Position numbers and translations under genes: made by a program. The notes beneath the pieces were generated by a model that had not been told where the DNA came from, did no database searches, and was given only the letters and a program-made list of their open reading frames with translations. A stretch of DNA of 62,543 nt from an uncultured Clostridia bacterium (GTDB lineage Bacteria > Bacillota > Clostridia > Christensenellales > CAG-917), in assembly GCA_949283145.1 (NCBI GenBank), contig CASDRL010000022.1, positions 1-62,543 on the forward strand. The letters run 5' to 3'. Position 1 is the first letter of the stretch; every line of letters starts with the position of its first letter. Positions 40,862 to 50,602 of this stretch are shown here, piece by piece.

Positions 40862-40870
40862 GGTTTCCTC

Positions 40871-41356
40871 CTAAAACCCGATGTACGGTTGCACCTTGGT
40901 TTTGTTATTTCTGTTGATGGTTTTTTCTTTTTCGTATTTGCCGCCGGTGAGGACCGTAAAAGTCTCCGCCGTGTAGCTCGTGAGTGTGCCGCGCACGGTC
41001 TCTGCGGGCATGATCGCCTCTATCTCGGTGCCGAGAGCGCGTCTGAAATCGTCATCGGTGACGATGGGACGGTCCAGCCCCGAGGAGGAAACGTTGAGGA
41101 TGTAGTACGCGGGGAAAAGATCTTCCGCGGCGTCAAGTGCGTCGGAGACCGCGCCGTGCACCTTCTCGCAGTCGTCGAGGGTGACTTCGTCGGCGTGCCA
41201 GATGAACACGGTCAGGTTGAACTTGCCGTATTCCTTGGTGTAGCGCACCTCGACTATCTCATATCCCGCGTCCAGCGCTTCCACCGCGTCGGAGACGAGT
41301 TTTTCGATCTTGCCGCGCGCGTCTTCGGACAGCGCGGAGCGGGCGTCTTTTGCCAT
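40871..41356 (-). CDS. rimP: Ribosome maturation factor RimP
   Basis: TLDDCEKV, YILNVSSSGLDRP; first gene of the nusA operon. Confidence 0.92.
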   Translation of the reverse strand: MAKDARSALSEDARGKIEKLVSDAVEALDAGYEIVEVRYTKEYGKFNLTVFIWHADEVTLDDCEKVHGAVSDALDAAEDLFPAYYILNVSSSGLDRPIVTDDDFRRALGTEIEAIMPAETVRGTLTSYTAETFTVLTGGKYEKEKTINRNNKTKVQPYIGF

Positions 41357-41374
41357 ATCCTTCTCCTAAAACAA

Positions 41375-41396
41375 AGAGTGAGCGGCTGCTCACTCT
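41375..41396 (-). promoter_or_regulatory. rimP/nusA leader hairpin (attenuator-like)
   Basis: AGAGTGAGC-agcc-GCTCACTCT followed by TTGTTTT just before the rimP RBS; resembles the GAGTG..CACTC hairpin seen upstream of rimP in Bacillota. Confidence 0.6.
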
Positions 41397-41537
41397 CAGT
41401 AGAATCTACTTAAAGCATATATAAATTATCACATAAGAAAAATATATGCAAGCGTTTTCACCCCCGATTTGCAAGAATTTTGCGCGGAATTTTTACTTCC
41501 GCAGCGATATAACGCCGAAATTCGGGGCGAAGCGCGG

Positions 41538-43121
41538 TCAGATGCGCTCGGCGATGATGTTCAGAAGTTCCGCCGTGGCGAACACGTCTCCCATCGCGCG
41601 GTGTGCGTTGATGTGCGTGATGCCGAACATTTTTGTGAGCGCTTCGAGCCCCACATGGCGGGCTTCCGGAATGTATTTCCGCGCCAAAATGATGGTGTCT
41701 TCTAGTTCGTTGTCAAAGACGTATCCTGCCGCGGAAGCGTACTTGTTGAGCAGCGGGAAATCGTAGGAAGAGATGTTGTGCCCCACGAGCACCGCGCCGC
41801 GCGTGAATTTGAAGAAATCGGGCAGCACTTCCGCGAAAGTGGGCATGCCGTGCACCATGGCGTCGTTGATGGAGGTCTTTTCGGCGACTTCGTCCGGGAT
41901 GTGGCACTTCGGATCCAGAAGTGACGTGAAAGTCTCCGTTATCCTGCCGTCCACGATCTTCGCCGCGCCTATCTCGATGGGCTCTATCGTCGCGATGTCC
42001 AGCCCCGTTGCCTCGAAATCGAAGACGACAAAGGTTTTTCCCCGCAAAAATTCCGGGGTCTTTTTCTCGCCGTCGCTCTCAAAGAGGTCTTTTTTGCCGC
42101 GTTCGTCCTTGAAGGGCTGCGGTTTGAGCACGGTATAGCGTGCCGGAACGGGTTTTGAAGGCGCGGCTTGGACGGATGAAAAATCGATCTTAGCGCGGAA
42201 GACCGCATTCACCGCAAAGCTCGGCGCGCCGTTATAGGAGGATATCGTCACCTTGCCCGCGCAGATGACCTCATCCTTTTCCGCAAGGGCGTCGAATGCG
42301 TCCGCGTCCTCGGGGCGCGGGAAACAGACGCAGTCCATCCTGCCGGTGGTGTCGTCGAGGAAAAACCGCACAAGCGGCAGCTCTTCGGGGCCGTTCTTCG
42401 GATCGTCCGGCGTATATTTTTTGTTCTTGTAGGTGCGCTTGGTGACGCCGGTTATCCTGCCGCACAGAACCAGATTGTCGGCTGCGCCTTTGACATCGCC
42501 GATGTATGCCGGCATTTTTGCAATGCCCGCGATCTTACCGCGCGCATACACCTTATCCCCCGTTTCCGCCGAAATGAGCCGTGTGGACGGATCGCGCACG
42601 ACGACGGTGTCGGAAAAATCGTCGAAAGCAGGCGCGGGGGTCGCGCCCGTATCTTTGAGATTCACCGAGACCCGCTGATTGAAGTTGTTGTCCAAAAACG
42701 CCGCGAGATCCTTGGGGATGTCCGAACCCTGAAGCATGAGGAAGAGCGCGCTTTCGAGCGCAAGCGTGACAGAAATGTCGGTTTCGCTCACGGAGATGAG
42801 CAATGTTTCGGGCGAAAGCGCGCGGAAGACCAGATTGTTGTGCGCGTTGAAATATTCCGAAACTTTGTTGCGCACGGTCCCGTCGTCGGCATAAGTCCTT
42901 ATGTATTCCGCGTGCACGGGGATGCCGGGGAAAATGCCCGCTAGAGCGTCGTCAACGCGCTTTTTCATATCGGCGTCGAACGCTCGTGCGGACTATGCCG
43001 AGATGAGAAAACGCACCGTGAGCGTGCCGATATCCTTTTGGAAAGCGGCGGATTTGAATTTGAGCATGGGGAAAGCCCCGTTTGTGACCGCTTCGAATTC
43101 TTCCGTAAATTTGTTCTGCAC
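41538..43121 (-). CDS. PolC-derived protein (N-terminal domain, OB fold, DEDDh 3'-5' exonuclease; no PHP or polymerase) with an in-frame TAG at codon 43
   Basis: GGAGG RBS and GTG at 43121 are in frame with ORF 41538..42968; TAG at 42993-42995. OB-like LVLCGRI..FFLDDTTG..VCF. Exonuclease motifs FDFEATGL, GHN..YD, HRAMGD. Sits between ispG and rimP. Confidence 0.8.
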
Positions 43122-43253
43122 TTTGTTCCTCCGTTTGCGTTCCGCATCCGCATTTTACCGCCCGCGTCCCGCGTTTTGCCTCTGTTTGCTTGCTTTCCGC
43201 GTCATGTGCCGCTCTGTCGGGCAGGGCGGACTTCTCCCGCTTTTACGGGCAAA

Positions 43254-44330
43254 CTACTCTATATTTTTATGATTTTTAGAATACTCTGCAATGTAGTCGT
43301 CGAGGAGAGCCATGAAATAAGGCATAAGCATTTCGCTCCTCACCGTCGCCGCTATCTCGCCGTCTCGCATGATGACGGACTTCTCTTTTCCGCCCGCGAT
43401 GCCGAGATCGCTGTTCCTGCCCTCTCCGATCCCGTTGAGAGGACACCCCATCACCGCGATCTTCAACGGCAGTCTGACATGCGCGGTGGCGCGTTCCACT
43501 GCGGAAGCCAGCCCTTCGACGTCTATCTCCGTGCGCGCGCATGTCGGGCAGGACACCACTTCGACGCAATCCGTTTTCAGCCCCAATGATTTAAGGAGAG
43601 TCTTTCCCGCCAACACCTCTTCTACGGGCGGAGCGGAGAGGGAGACCCGGATGGTGTCGCCTATCCCCTCTTGCAGCAGCGTTCCGATGCCGAGCGCGGA
43701 CTTGACGAGCCCGCTCCTCAGTGTACCCGCTTCCGTCACGCCGAGGTGCAGCGGATAATCGCATACGGCGGCAAGTGCCCTGTTTGCCCGGATCATAGTG
43801 TGCACGTCCGAGGCCTTGATGGCGATGACGATGTCCCTCATCCCGCAGCTTTCAAAGACGTTTGCGCATTCGAGCGCACTCTCTTTCAGCGCTTCGCTCT
43901 CCTCCATACCGTCGAATTTCGGGTCGAGCGATCCGCCGTTCACGCCTACGCGCACGGGCACGCCCGCGTCGGACATCCTGCGCGCAAGCTCTTTTATCTC
44001 GGCAAAATCCCTCATGTTGCCGGGGTTCATACGGATCTTTTTCGCACCGGCATCCAGAGCGAGATGCGCGAGTTTGTAGCTGTAATGTATGTCGGCGATG
44101 AGAGGGAGCCCGCAGCGCTTTGCGATCACGCCGAACGCTTCCGCCGACGCCTCGTCGGGGACGGCAAGGCGGATGAGATCGCATCCCGCGTCCGCGAGTT
44201 CCGCGATCTGACGCAGACTGCCTTCAATGTCGGTGGTGCGCGTGTTGAGCATGGACTGCACCGTTATCGGCGCGCCGCCGCCTATCTTTACTTTCCCGAT
44301 CCTGACCTGACGTGTTTTTCTTCTTTCCAT
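43254..44330 (-). CDS. ispG: HMBPP synthase
   Basis: VQSMLNT, ADIHY, RMNPGN, PLHLGVTEAG, GIGDTIRVSL, CPTCAR, MGC. Confidence 0.97.
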   Translation of the reverse strand: MERRKTRQVRIGKVKIGGGAPITVQSMLNTRTTDIEGSLRQIAELADAGCDLIRLAVPDEASAEAFGVIAKRCGLPLIADIHYSYKLAHLALDAGAKKIRMNPGNMRDFAEIKELARRMSDAGVPVRVGVNGGSLDPKFDGMEESEALKESALECANVFESCGMRDIVIAIKASDVHTMIRANRALAAVCDYPLHLGVTEAGTLRSGLVKSALGIGTLLQEGIGDTIRVSLSAPPVEEVLAGKTLLKSLGLKTDCVEVVSCPTCARTEIDVEGLASAVERATAHVRLPLKIAVMGCPLNGIGEGRNSDLGIAGGKEKSVIMRDGEIAATVRSEMLMPYFMALLDDYIAEYSKNHKNIE

Positions 44331-44428
44331 TTTCTTACACCGTACTTTCGCATTTGTGCCCGTACTATTTCATTATAGCTCTTTCGGCTCCCGTTTTTGT
44401 CACATTAGTGGCGAGACTCCGAAAATTT

Positions 44429-45628
44429 TCAGTTTCGCACCAAATGGAAGATGTCCAGGAACACCGCAAGGAGCAATATCAATATCATCCCGACGGCGTG
44501 TATGACCGCTTCCACTTTCCGCGGCACCGGCTTTCGGAAGATCATTTCGATGAGCGTGAACAGCATCCGCGAGCCGTCCAATGACGGGATGGGCAGCAGA
44601 TTCATGACTGCGAGGTTCGCGGAGATGATCGCCACCACATAGAGGAAGGATCCGAACCCCGATGCGCTGATGTTTGCAATGGTGGTGATCACCGTGATGG
44701 TGCCGCCTGCGGCTTCCAGCCCCACCTGCCCCGTCAGCAGCGCGCCGATCGAGGCAAGGATCTTGAACACGATGAAGAAACTGAAACCGAAGGAGCGCCC
44801 GAGTGAGCGGAAAAACCCCAGTTTTACGCTTTCCACGCCGTAGACGATGCCGACGCCCGTCTTTTCTGCGGACTCCCCGTCTTCGAGATATTCCTCTCCG
44901 AGGGTATAGCTGCCGACCGTCGCGGTGACGGTCATCGCCTTGCCGTTGCGCAGGATCTTATATTTCGTGCCCGTCTTGACGTCTTCGAATGCGTTCGCGA
45001 CGTCGTCCTGCGTCATTATATTGACCTGCAGCCCGTCTTTTGCGAGGATCACGTCTCCGGGGAGGAAAACGTTGCTTTCGCCGTTCACGTCGTACACTGC
45101 GGACACCACGGGAAGGATCTGCCCGTATGCGGTGAAATATATCGTGATGATGAATATGGCGCTGAGGAAGTTGAAAAGCGCGCCCGAAAACAGCACGATG
45201 AGCCGTTTCCAGGGTTTCTGGCGGTTGAACGGTATGCCATCGTCCGCTTTTGTGCGGTCAGTCTCCCGCGCGTCTGCCCCTGCGGACGCCGCCGCGGCAC
45301 ACGCGGCTCCGCCCCGCGTATACACAAGCTCCATATCGCTTGCGCTCAGTCCCCCGTCCTCGTCCTCACCGCGGAAGGCGCAGAAACCGCCCAGCGGCAA
45401 GATGCGCACGGTGAAGAGTTCTCCCGTCTTTTTGTTGCGCTTTTTGATGATGGGCGGTCCGAACCCTATGGCGAATTCGTCGATGCGGAAACCTAGCAGT
45501 TTGCCTGCGAAATAGTGCCCCGATTCGTGCACTACGATCATGAACATGAGGGCGACCAATGCCAGCAGGATGAAACCGATGTAGGTGAACACTTCACCGG
45601 CAGTGGTGGACGACAGGGTCAGCAGCAC
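44429..45628 (-). CDS. rseP: Site-2 (M50) intramembrane metalloprotease
   Basis: HESGH, FAIGFGP, PLGGFC, NLLPIPSLDG; follows dxr. Confidence 0.92.
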   Translation of the reverse strand: MLLTLSSTTAGEVFTYIGFILLALVALMFMIVVHESGHYFAGKLLGFRIDEFAIGFGPPIIKKRNKKTGELFTVRILPLGGFCAFRGEDEDGGLSASDMELVYTRGGAACAAAASAGADARETDRTKADDGIPFNRQKPWKRLIVLFSGALFNFLSAIFIITIYFTAYGQILPVVSAVYDVNGESNVFLPGDVILAKDGLQVNIMTQDDVANAFEDVKTGTKYKILRNGKAMTVTATVGSYTLGEEYLEDGESAEKTGVGIVYGVESVKLGFFRSLGRSFGFSFFIVFKILASIGALLTGQVGLEAAGGTITVITTIANISASGFGSFLYVVAIISANLAVMNLLPIPSLDGSRMLFTLIEMIFRKPVPRKVEAVIHAVGMILILLLAVFLDIFHLVRN

Positions 45629-45629
45629 T

Positions 45630-46796
45630 TCATTTTACTCCTACGGAATAAGTGTATTTGCGAGCTTCTGCGTCTATGCCGATGATATCCTCCAATGCGA
45701 CATCGCCGACCTTTGCGAACTTTTTCTCCACTTTGTCCAGCACGGCGGCTATGTCCGTAAATTTGATCGTTCCCGCAAGGAATGCGTCCACGAGCACCTC
45801 ATCCGCCGCAGAGACCGCGATACAGGCGCCCTCGCCAGCTTTTGCGGCGCGCATCGCGACGCCGAGGCAGGGATAACGCTCGAGATCGGGGGCGTCGAAT
45901 TCGAGACTTGCGAGTTTGGCAAGGTCGAGTTCGGGCAGCGTTCCGACGGCTTTTGCGGGATAAAAGAGAGCCGTTTCGATCGCGAGAGCCATGTCGGGGA
46001 CGCTCATGAGTGCCTTGACGCTGCCGTCGCGGAACTCCACCATCCCGTGGATCACGCTTTCGCGGTGCATGACCACCTTCACTCTGTCGGCGTCCACGGA
46101 AAACAGCTTCATTGCCTCTATGACTTCCAGCCCTTTGTTGAAGAGGGTCGCGGAATCTATGGTCACCTTTTTGCCCATGCTCCATACGGGATGACTAAGG
46201 GCCTCGCGCGCCGTGACCTTAGAGAGACGCTCCAAAGGCATATCGCGCAACGCGCCGCCGCTTGCCGTGAGTATGACGCTGCGCACGCTGCCGGGGTCCT
46301 CCCCTTTCAGACATTCCATAATGGCGGAGTGCTCGGTGTCGAGGGGCAGGATCCTGCCGCCGTACTTCTTTTCCAGGGCTTTGAGATGCCTGCCCGCGCA
46401 GACTATGGTCTCCTTGTTTGCGATGGCGAGAGTGCCGCCGCGTTTCAAAACGGCAACGGCTGCCCACAGACCCGCTATCCCGCTCACCGCGGAGACCGTG
46501 ATGTCCGCGGGATAATCGGCGAGTTCTTCAAGACTCCCGAGGCATTTCGCCGCGAATTTGTCATCGTCGAGAAAGTCGAACAGGCTGCTCTGGATCTCCA
46601 CGCCGCCCGCCGGATAATAGTAGTGTTTGGGTGAATATTTGTCGATCTGCTCCCGCAGGAGTTTTTCGTTGGTGAATGCCGAAAGTCCGACCACTTTGAA
46701 GCGGTCAGGGTGACGGTCGACTGCGGCAAGCACCTGCCTGCCTACGGATCCCGTGCTGCCGAGCACGGTCAGCGTAACGTGTTTCTTTTCGCTCAT
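45630..46796 (-). CDS. dxr: 1-deoxy-D-xylulose 5-phosphate reductoisomerase
   Basis: LGSTGSVG, ANKE, PLDTEHSAI, TASGG, HPVWSMGKKVTIDSAT. Confidence 0.97.
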   Translation of the reverse strand: MSEKKHVTLTVLGSTGSVGRQVLAAVDRHPDRFKVVGLSAFTNEKLLREQIDKYSPKHYYYPAGGVEIQSSLFDFLDDDKFAAKCLGSLEELADYPADITVSAVSGIAGLWAAVAVLKRGGTLAIANKETIVCAGRHLKALEKKYGGRILPLDTEHSAIMECLKGEDPGSVRSVILTASGGALRDMPLERLSKVTAREALSHPVWSMGKKVTIDSATLFNKGLEVIEAMKLFSVDADRVKVVMHRESVIHGMVEFRDGSVKALMSVPDMALAIETALFYPAKAVGTLPELDLAKLASLEFDAPDLERYPCLGVAMRAAKAGEGACIAVSAADEVLVDAFLAGTIKFTDIAAVLDKVEKKFAKVGDVALEDIIGIDAEARKYTYSVGVK

Positions 46797-46827
46797 TTTG
46801 TCTCCGTACCTGCGGGGTGCGCGGTGC

Positions 46828-47724
46828 TCAGAACACGGACATTCCCTGCGCCCCGTATATTATCGTGAAGAACACGAGGAGCACGATGATCCCCGCGATT
46901 ATGCTGTCGAAGCGGTCCATGATGCCGCCGTGTCCCGGGAAGATGCTGCCGAAATCTTTGACGCCGAGAGCACGTTTTATTCGGGATGCGGCGAGGTCGC
47001 CGAGCTGTCCAGCCAGCGCTCCGACAAGACCGATCGCGAGATATATCAAGGCGGATTTCCACGTCGCGTCGGTGAACGGGATATATCCGGCGTCCGGGAA
47101 GGGCTCGAACTGCTCGAAGAGCAGGAACATTACGACAGCCACCAGCATGCCCCCGAACAGCCCTCCGACAAAGCCTGCGACCGTCTTTTTGGGACTGATC
47201 GAAGGACACAGTTTTTTGCCGCCTATCATACTGCCGAACCAATAGGCGAAAGTGTCGGCGCCTACGGGCAGGAATATGGCGAAGGGAATGGCGTACACCG
47301 CGGAATAGCGTTGTACGAGCATCCATGCGAGCGAGATGAGCAGCCCCGGATATACCGCCACGAACACCGTCGCGAAAAGATCCTTGGCGGTGTTGCGTTC
47401 GGGATCAGCAAAAGTGAAGATGACGAGCGCGATGAACACGCTGACCGAAAAGCTGATCAGGATGCCGAGGAACCCCTGCCTCGTGAAATGCTCCATGAGG
47501 TACATCACGGGATAGGACGTGAGGAGAAATACTGCGAGCGGGACGCGGAAGAGCTTGAAACCCGCTTGCTGCATGCAGAAATACATCTCCCTCATCGCTC
47601 CCGCAAGCAGGATCCATATGAAGAGATCGAGGAAAATGTTGCCGTGCTTGACGAAATAACTCAATGCGAAGAGCCCGATGAGCAAAGCTATGAGGCATAT
47701 TGCCGTTACAGTGCGTTTTAGCAT
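46828..47724 (-). CDS. cdsA: Phosphatidate cytidylyltransferase
   Basis: Multi-TM; DTFAY, ISPKKT, GDL..S.IKR..GVKDFG.IFPGHGGIMDRFDS. Confidence 0.95.
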   Translation of the reverse strand: MLKRTVTAICLIALLIGLFALSYFVKHGNIFLDLFIWILLAGAMREMYFCMQQAGFKLFRVPLAVFLLTSYPVMYLMEHFTRQGFLGILISFSVSVFIALVIFTFADPERNTAKDLFATVFVAVYPGLLISLAWMLVQRYSAVYAIPFAIFLPVGADTFAYWFGSMIGGKKLCPSISPKKTVAGFVGGLFGGMLVAVVMFLLFEQFEPFPDAGYIPFTDATWKSALIYLAIGLVGALAGQLGDLAASRIKRALGVKDFGSIFPGHGGIMDRFDSIIAGIIVLLVFFTIIYGAQGMSVF

Positions 47725-47735
47725 AACCGATCAGT

Positions 47736-48389
47736 TCATGCGCCGAATTTGCGCGTGCGCGCGGCAAAATCGCCGAACGCGGCGTCGACGTCTTCCGCCG
47801 TCATATCCGGCCAGAGTTTGTCGACGAAGAGAAGTTCCGAATAGGCGGCTTCATAAAGCATGAAGCCCGAAAGCCGCTTCTCCCCTCCGCTCCTTACGAT
47901 GAGATCGGGAGCGGGCAGCCCCCGTGTCGAAAGCGCCTTTTCGAAACTTTCGCGGTCTATCTCCCCTTGTTTTGCGGCGGTGCGCGCCGCATTTACGATA
48001 TCTTCCCTTCCGCTGTAACCCAGGGCTATGACAAGCTGCATCCCGCCGTTTGCGGCGGTGCGTGCCGCAAGATTTTCCGCCTCATTCCCGACGTCTGCGG
48101 GAATGCGTGAAAGATCGCCGATGAAACGGACTTTCATGTCTCCGTCATATGACGAACACCACTCTTTTACGACGGAGAAAATGGCGGCGGTCTCCTCTGC
48201 GGGACGCGCGAAATTCTCCGCGGAAAACGCGTACACCGTTGCGGTATCCGCGCCGAGCTCCTCTGTGCGGCGGAGCACCGTTAGCATCGCTTTCAGCCCC
48301 TCGGCATATCCGGCGGTGCGCGGCAGACCGCGTCTTTCCGCCCATCTGCCGTTGCCGTCCATGATGTAGGCTACGTGGCGCGGGATCAT
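47736..48389 (-). CDS. uppS: Undecaprenyl diphosphate synthase
   Basis: HVAYIMDGNGRWA, YAFSAENF.R, PDLIVRSGGEKRLSGF. Confidence 0.95.
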   Translation of the reverse strand: MIPRHVAYIMDGNGRWAERRGLPRTAGYAEGLKAMLTVLRRTEELGADTATVYAFSAENFARPAEETAAIFSVVKEWCSSYDGDMKVRFIGDLSRIPADVGNEAENLAARTAANGGMQLVIALGYSGREDIVNAARTAAKQGEIDRESFEKALSTRGLPAPDLIVRSGGEKRLSGFMLYEAAYSELLFVDKLWPDMTAEDVDAAFGDFAARTRKFGA

Positions 48390-48964
48390 CAGACGGAGAG
48401 GATCTCCTGCTCCTTGTCCTTGGTGAGCTTGTCCACGTCGTCGATCTCGGAAGAGAGCGCCTTATCCACGTCCGCGGTGAAGTCTTTGAGGTCGTCCTCG
48501 GTGATCTCGGAGTCCTTTTCCAGCTTTTTCAGCGCGTCTATGGCGTCGCGGCGCGCGTTTCTGAGCACGACCTTGGTGCTTTCCGCATTGGTCTTGAGCT
48601 CCTTGACGAGGGCTTTTCTGCGCTCTTCGGTGAGCTCCGGGAAAATGAGACGGATGACATTGCCGTCATTGTTGGGCGTGATGCCGATGTTGGCGGCAAG
48701 GATGGCTTTTTCGACGTTTTTGAGCGCGCTCTTATCCCACACGGAGATGACGAGAAGACGCGCTTCGGGCACCGTGATGTTCGCCATATTATTGATGGGG
48801 GTCGGGGTGCCGTAATAGTCCACCATGATCTTGTCGAGGATATGCGGATTGGCGCGGCCTGCGCGCATGCTCTTCATTTCGGTGGAAAAATTGTGCACCG
48901 TCTTGGTGAATTTTTCCTTCATTTCTTCGAAGATGAGATCGACGGAGTCGATTCCGTATGCCAT
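48389..48964 (-). CDS. frr: Ribosome recycling factor
   Basis: RAGRANP..LD..VDYYG, PELTEERRK, RNARRDA; GGAGG RBS before ATG 48964. Confidence 0.97.
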   Translation of the reverse strand: MAYGIDSVDLIFEEMKEKFTKTVHNFSTEMKSMRAGRANPHILDKIMVDYYGTPTPINNMANITVPEARLLVISVWDKSALKNVEKAILAANIGITPNNDGNVIRLIFPELTEERRKALVKELKTNAESTKVVLRNARRDAIDALKKLEKDSEITEDDLKDFTADVDKALSSEIDDVDKLTKDKEQEILSV

Positions 48965-49098
48965 AATTTGCCTCCTGACACTTTTTTTATGATTATACCA
49001 AACGCGCGCGCATAAAGCAACACGAAAATGAAAGGAACGCACATATAAGTGCGTTCCGCGTCTCTTTTGATGAGGCTTGCTCGGCTTTGCCTGCGGGG

Positions 49099-49812
49099 CT
49101 ACTTGCCGATGTATGTGCCGATCTTCTCTCCCGTGATCGCGCGGCGGATGCTGCCCTCCTCGTTGAGGCTGAACGCGATGATCGGGATCTCGTTGTCCAT
49201 GCACATGGTGATCGCGGTGGTGTCCATCGCTTTCAAGCCTTTGGAGATGACCTGCATATAGGTCAGCGTCTCGAATTTCACGGCGTCGGGGTTCAGTTTG
49301 GGATCGCTGTCATAGACTCCGTCCACGTTTTTGGCAAGCAGCAGCGCGTTTGCGCCGATCTCCGCGGCGCGGAGAGCCGCGCCCGTATCCGTGGAAAAAT
49401 AGGGATTGCCCGTGCCGCAGGCGAAGATGACGATCCTGCCCTTTTCGAGGTGGCGGAGAGCTTTCCTCAGGATATACGGTTCCGCCACTTTGGTGACGGT
49501 GAGCGCCGTCTGCACTCTGACCTCCGCTCCTTTGCGTTCGATGCAGTCCTGCAAAGCGAGCGCATTGATGATGGTTGCAAGCATGCCCATATGGTCGGCG
49601 GTGCTGCGGTTCATCTCCTCGTCGGCTTGCCTGCCTCTCCAGAAATTGCCGCCGCCGATGACCACGCCCACCTGCGCGCCCATGTTCCTGACTTCGACGA
49701 TCTGTTCCGAAACCTTTGAAAGTTTGTTGTGATCGATGCCGGCGCCGTTCTCGCACGCGAGCGCTTCGCCCGAGATCTTGATGACTACACGGTCGTATTT
49801 GAGTTTTGCCAT
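49099..49812 (-). CDS. pyrH: UMP kinase
   Basis: KISGEAL, GGGNFWRG, GTGNPYFSTD, DGVYDSDP. Confidence 0.97.
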   Translation of the reverse strand: MAKLKYDRVVIKISGEALACENGAGIDHNKLSKVSEQIVEVRNMGAQVGVVIGGGNFWRGRQADEEMNRSTADHMGMLATIINALALQDCIERKGAEVRVQTALTVTKVAEPYILRKALRHLEKGRIVIFACGTGNPYFSTDTGAALRAAEIGANALLLAKNVDGVYDSDPKLNPDAVKFETLTYMQVISKGLKAMDTTAITMCMDNEIPIIAFSLNEEGSIRRAITGEKIGTYIGK

Positions 49813-49840
49813 AACGTTCTTCCTTTGCTTTGCGCTGAGA

Positions 49841-49867
49841 AAAAAGGAACGCTTACGCGTTCCTTTT
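49841..49867 (-). terminator. Rho-independent terminator after tsf
   Basis: AAAAGGAACGC-gtaa-GCGTTCCTTTTT on the minus strand. Confidence 0.75.
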
Positions 49868-49872
49868 CGGTC

Positions 49873-50535
49873 TTACTTGTTGAGCCCTGCCTGAGCCATG
49901 ACTTCTTCTGCGAAATTATCTTCGCGTTTTTGCAGCCCTTCGCCCATCTGGTAACGGACGAAACGTCTGACCGTGATCTTCTCGCCGATGGAAGCGATCG
50001 CTTCCGTCACGAGCTGGCTGATGGTCTTGGAGCTGTCGCGGACATACACCTGTTCCATCAGGCAGACGTCCTTGTAGTATTTCTGGATCCTGCCGTCGAC
50101 CATCTTGTGGATGATCGCATCGGGCTTGGGATTGGGCTCGTTCTTCGCCTGGGCGATGAGGATCTCTCTCTCCTTCTCGAGCTCGGCTGCGGGAACTTCT
50201 TCCTTGGTGACGTAGGTGGGGGCTGCGGCGGCGATGTGCATCGCGATGTTGTGCACGAGCTCCTTGAAGACGGGGCTCATCGCGACAAAGTCGGTCTCAC
50301 AGTTGACTTCGAGCAGCACGCCGATCTTGCCGTTCATGTGGATGTAGCTGTCCACGATGCCCTGAGAGGCGATCCTGCCCTGCTTCTTCGCGGCGGAGGC
50401 AATGCCTTTCTCGCGGAGATAGTCGATCGCTTTCTCCATGTCGCCGTCGGTCTCGACGAGAGCCTTCTTGCAGTCCATCATGCCAACGCCGGTGCGCTGA
50501 CGGAGTTCCATAACGTCTTTGCTGGTAAATGCCAT
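49873..50535 (-). CDS. tsf: Elongation factor Ts (short form)
   Basis: [26 protein letters not shown]. Confidence 0.97.
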   Translation of the reverse strand: MAFTSKDVMELRQRTGVGMMDCKKALVETDGDMEKAIDYLREKGIASAAKKQGRIASQGIVDSYIHMNGKIGVLLEVNCETDFVAMSPVFKELVHNIAMHIAAAAPTYVTKEEVPAAELEKEREILIAQAKNEPNPKPDAIIHKMVDGRIQKYYKDVCLMEQVYVRDSSKTISQLVTEAIASIGEKITVRRFVRYQMGEGLQKREDNFAEEVMAQAGLNK

Positions 50536-50602
50536 AATTTATCTCCTGAAAATTCCGTATCAAAATCCGGAAATGCGTGCGCACGCGGCGCACGCTCCAT
50601 CC

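Noticed and set aside
36397-41413. 979-aa and 665-aa plus-strand ORFs
   Set aside because: Antisense shadows of infB and nusA/rimP.
42993-42995. Genome-wide TAG reassignment
   Set aside because: TAG ends several genes at their expected positions (mutL, rimP, XRE gene), and no other internal TAG was noticed in conserved genes.
42965-43153. 62-aa ORF suggesting a frameshifted N-terminus of the PolC-like gene
   Set aside because: The RBS-bearing GTG is in the same frame as the main ORF; the interruption is a TAG, not a frameshift.
49873-50535. Short 220-aa EF-Ts
   Set aside because: The short form is normal in many Clostridia and other phyla.
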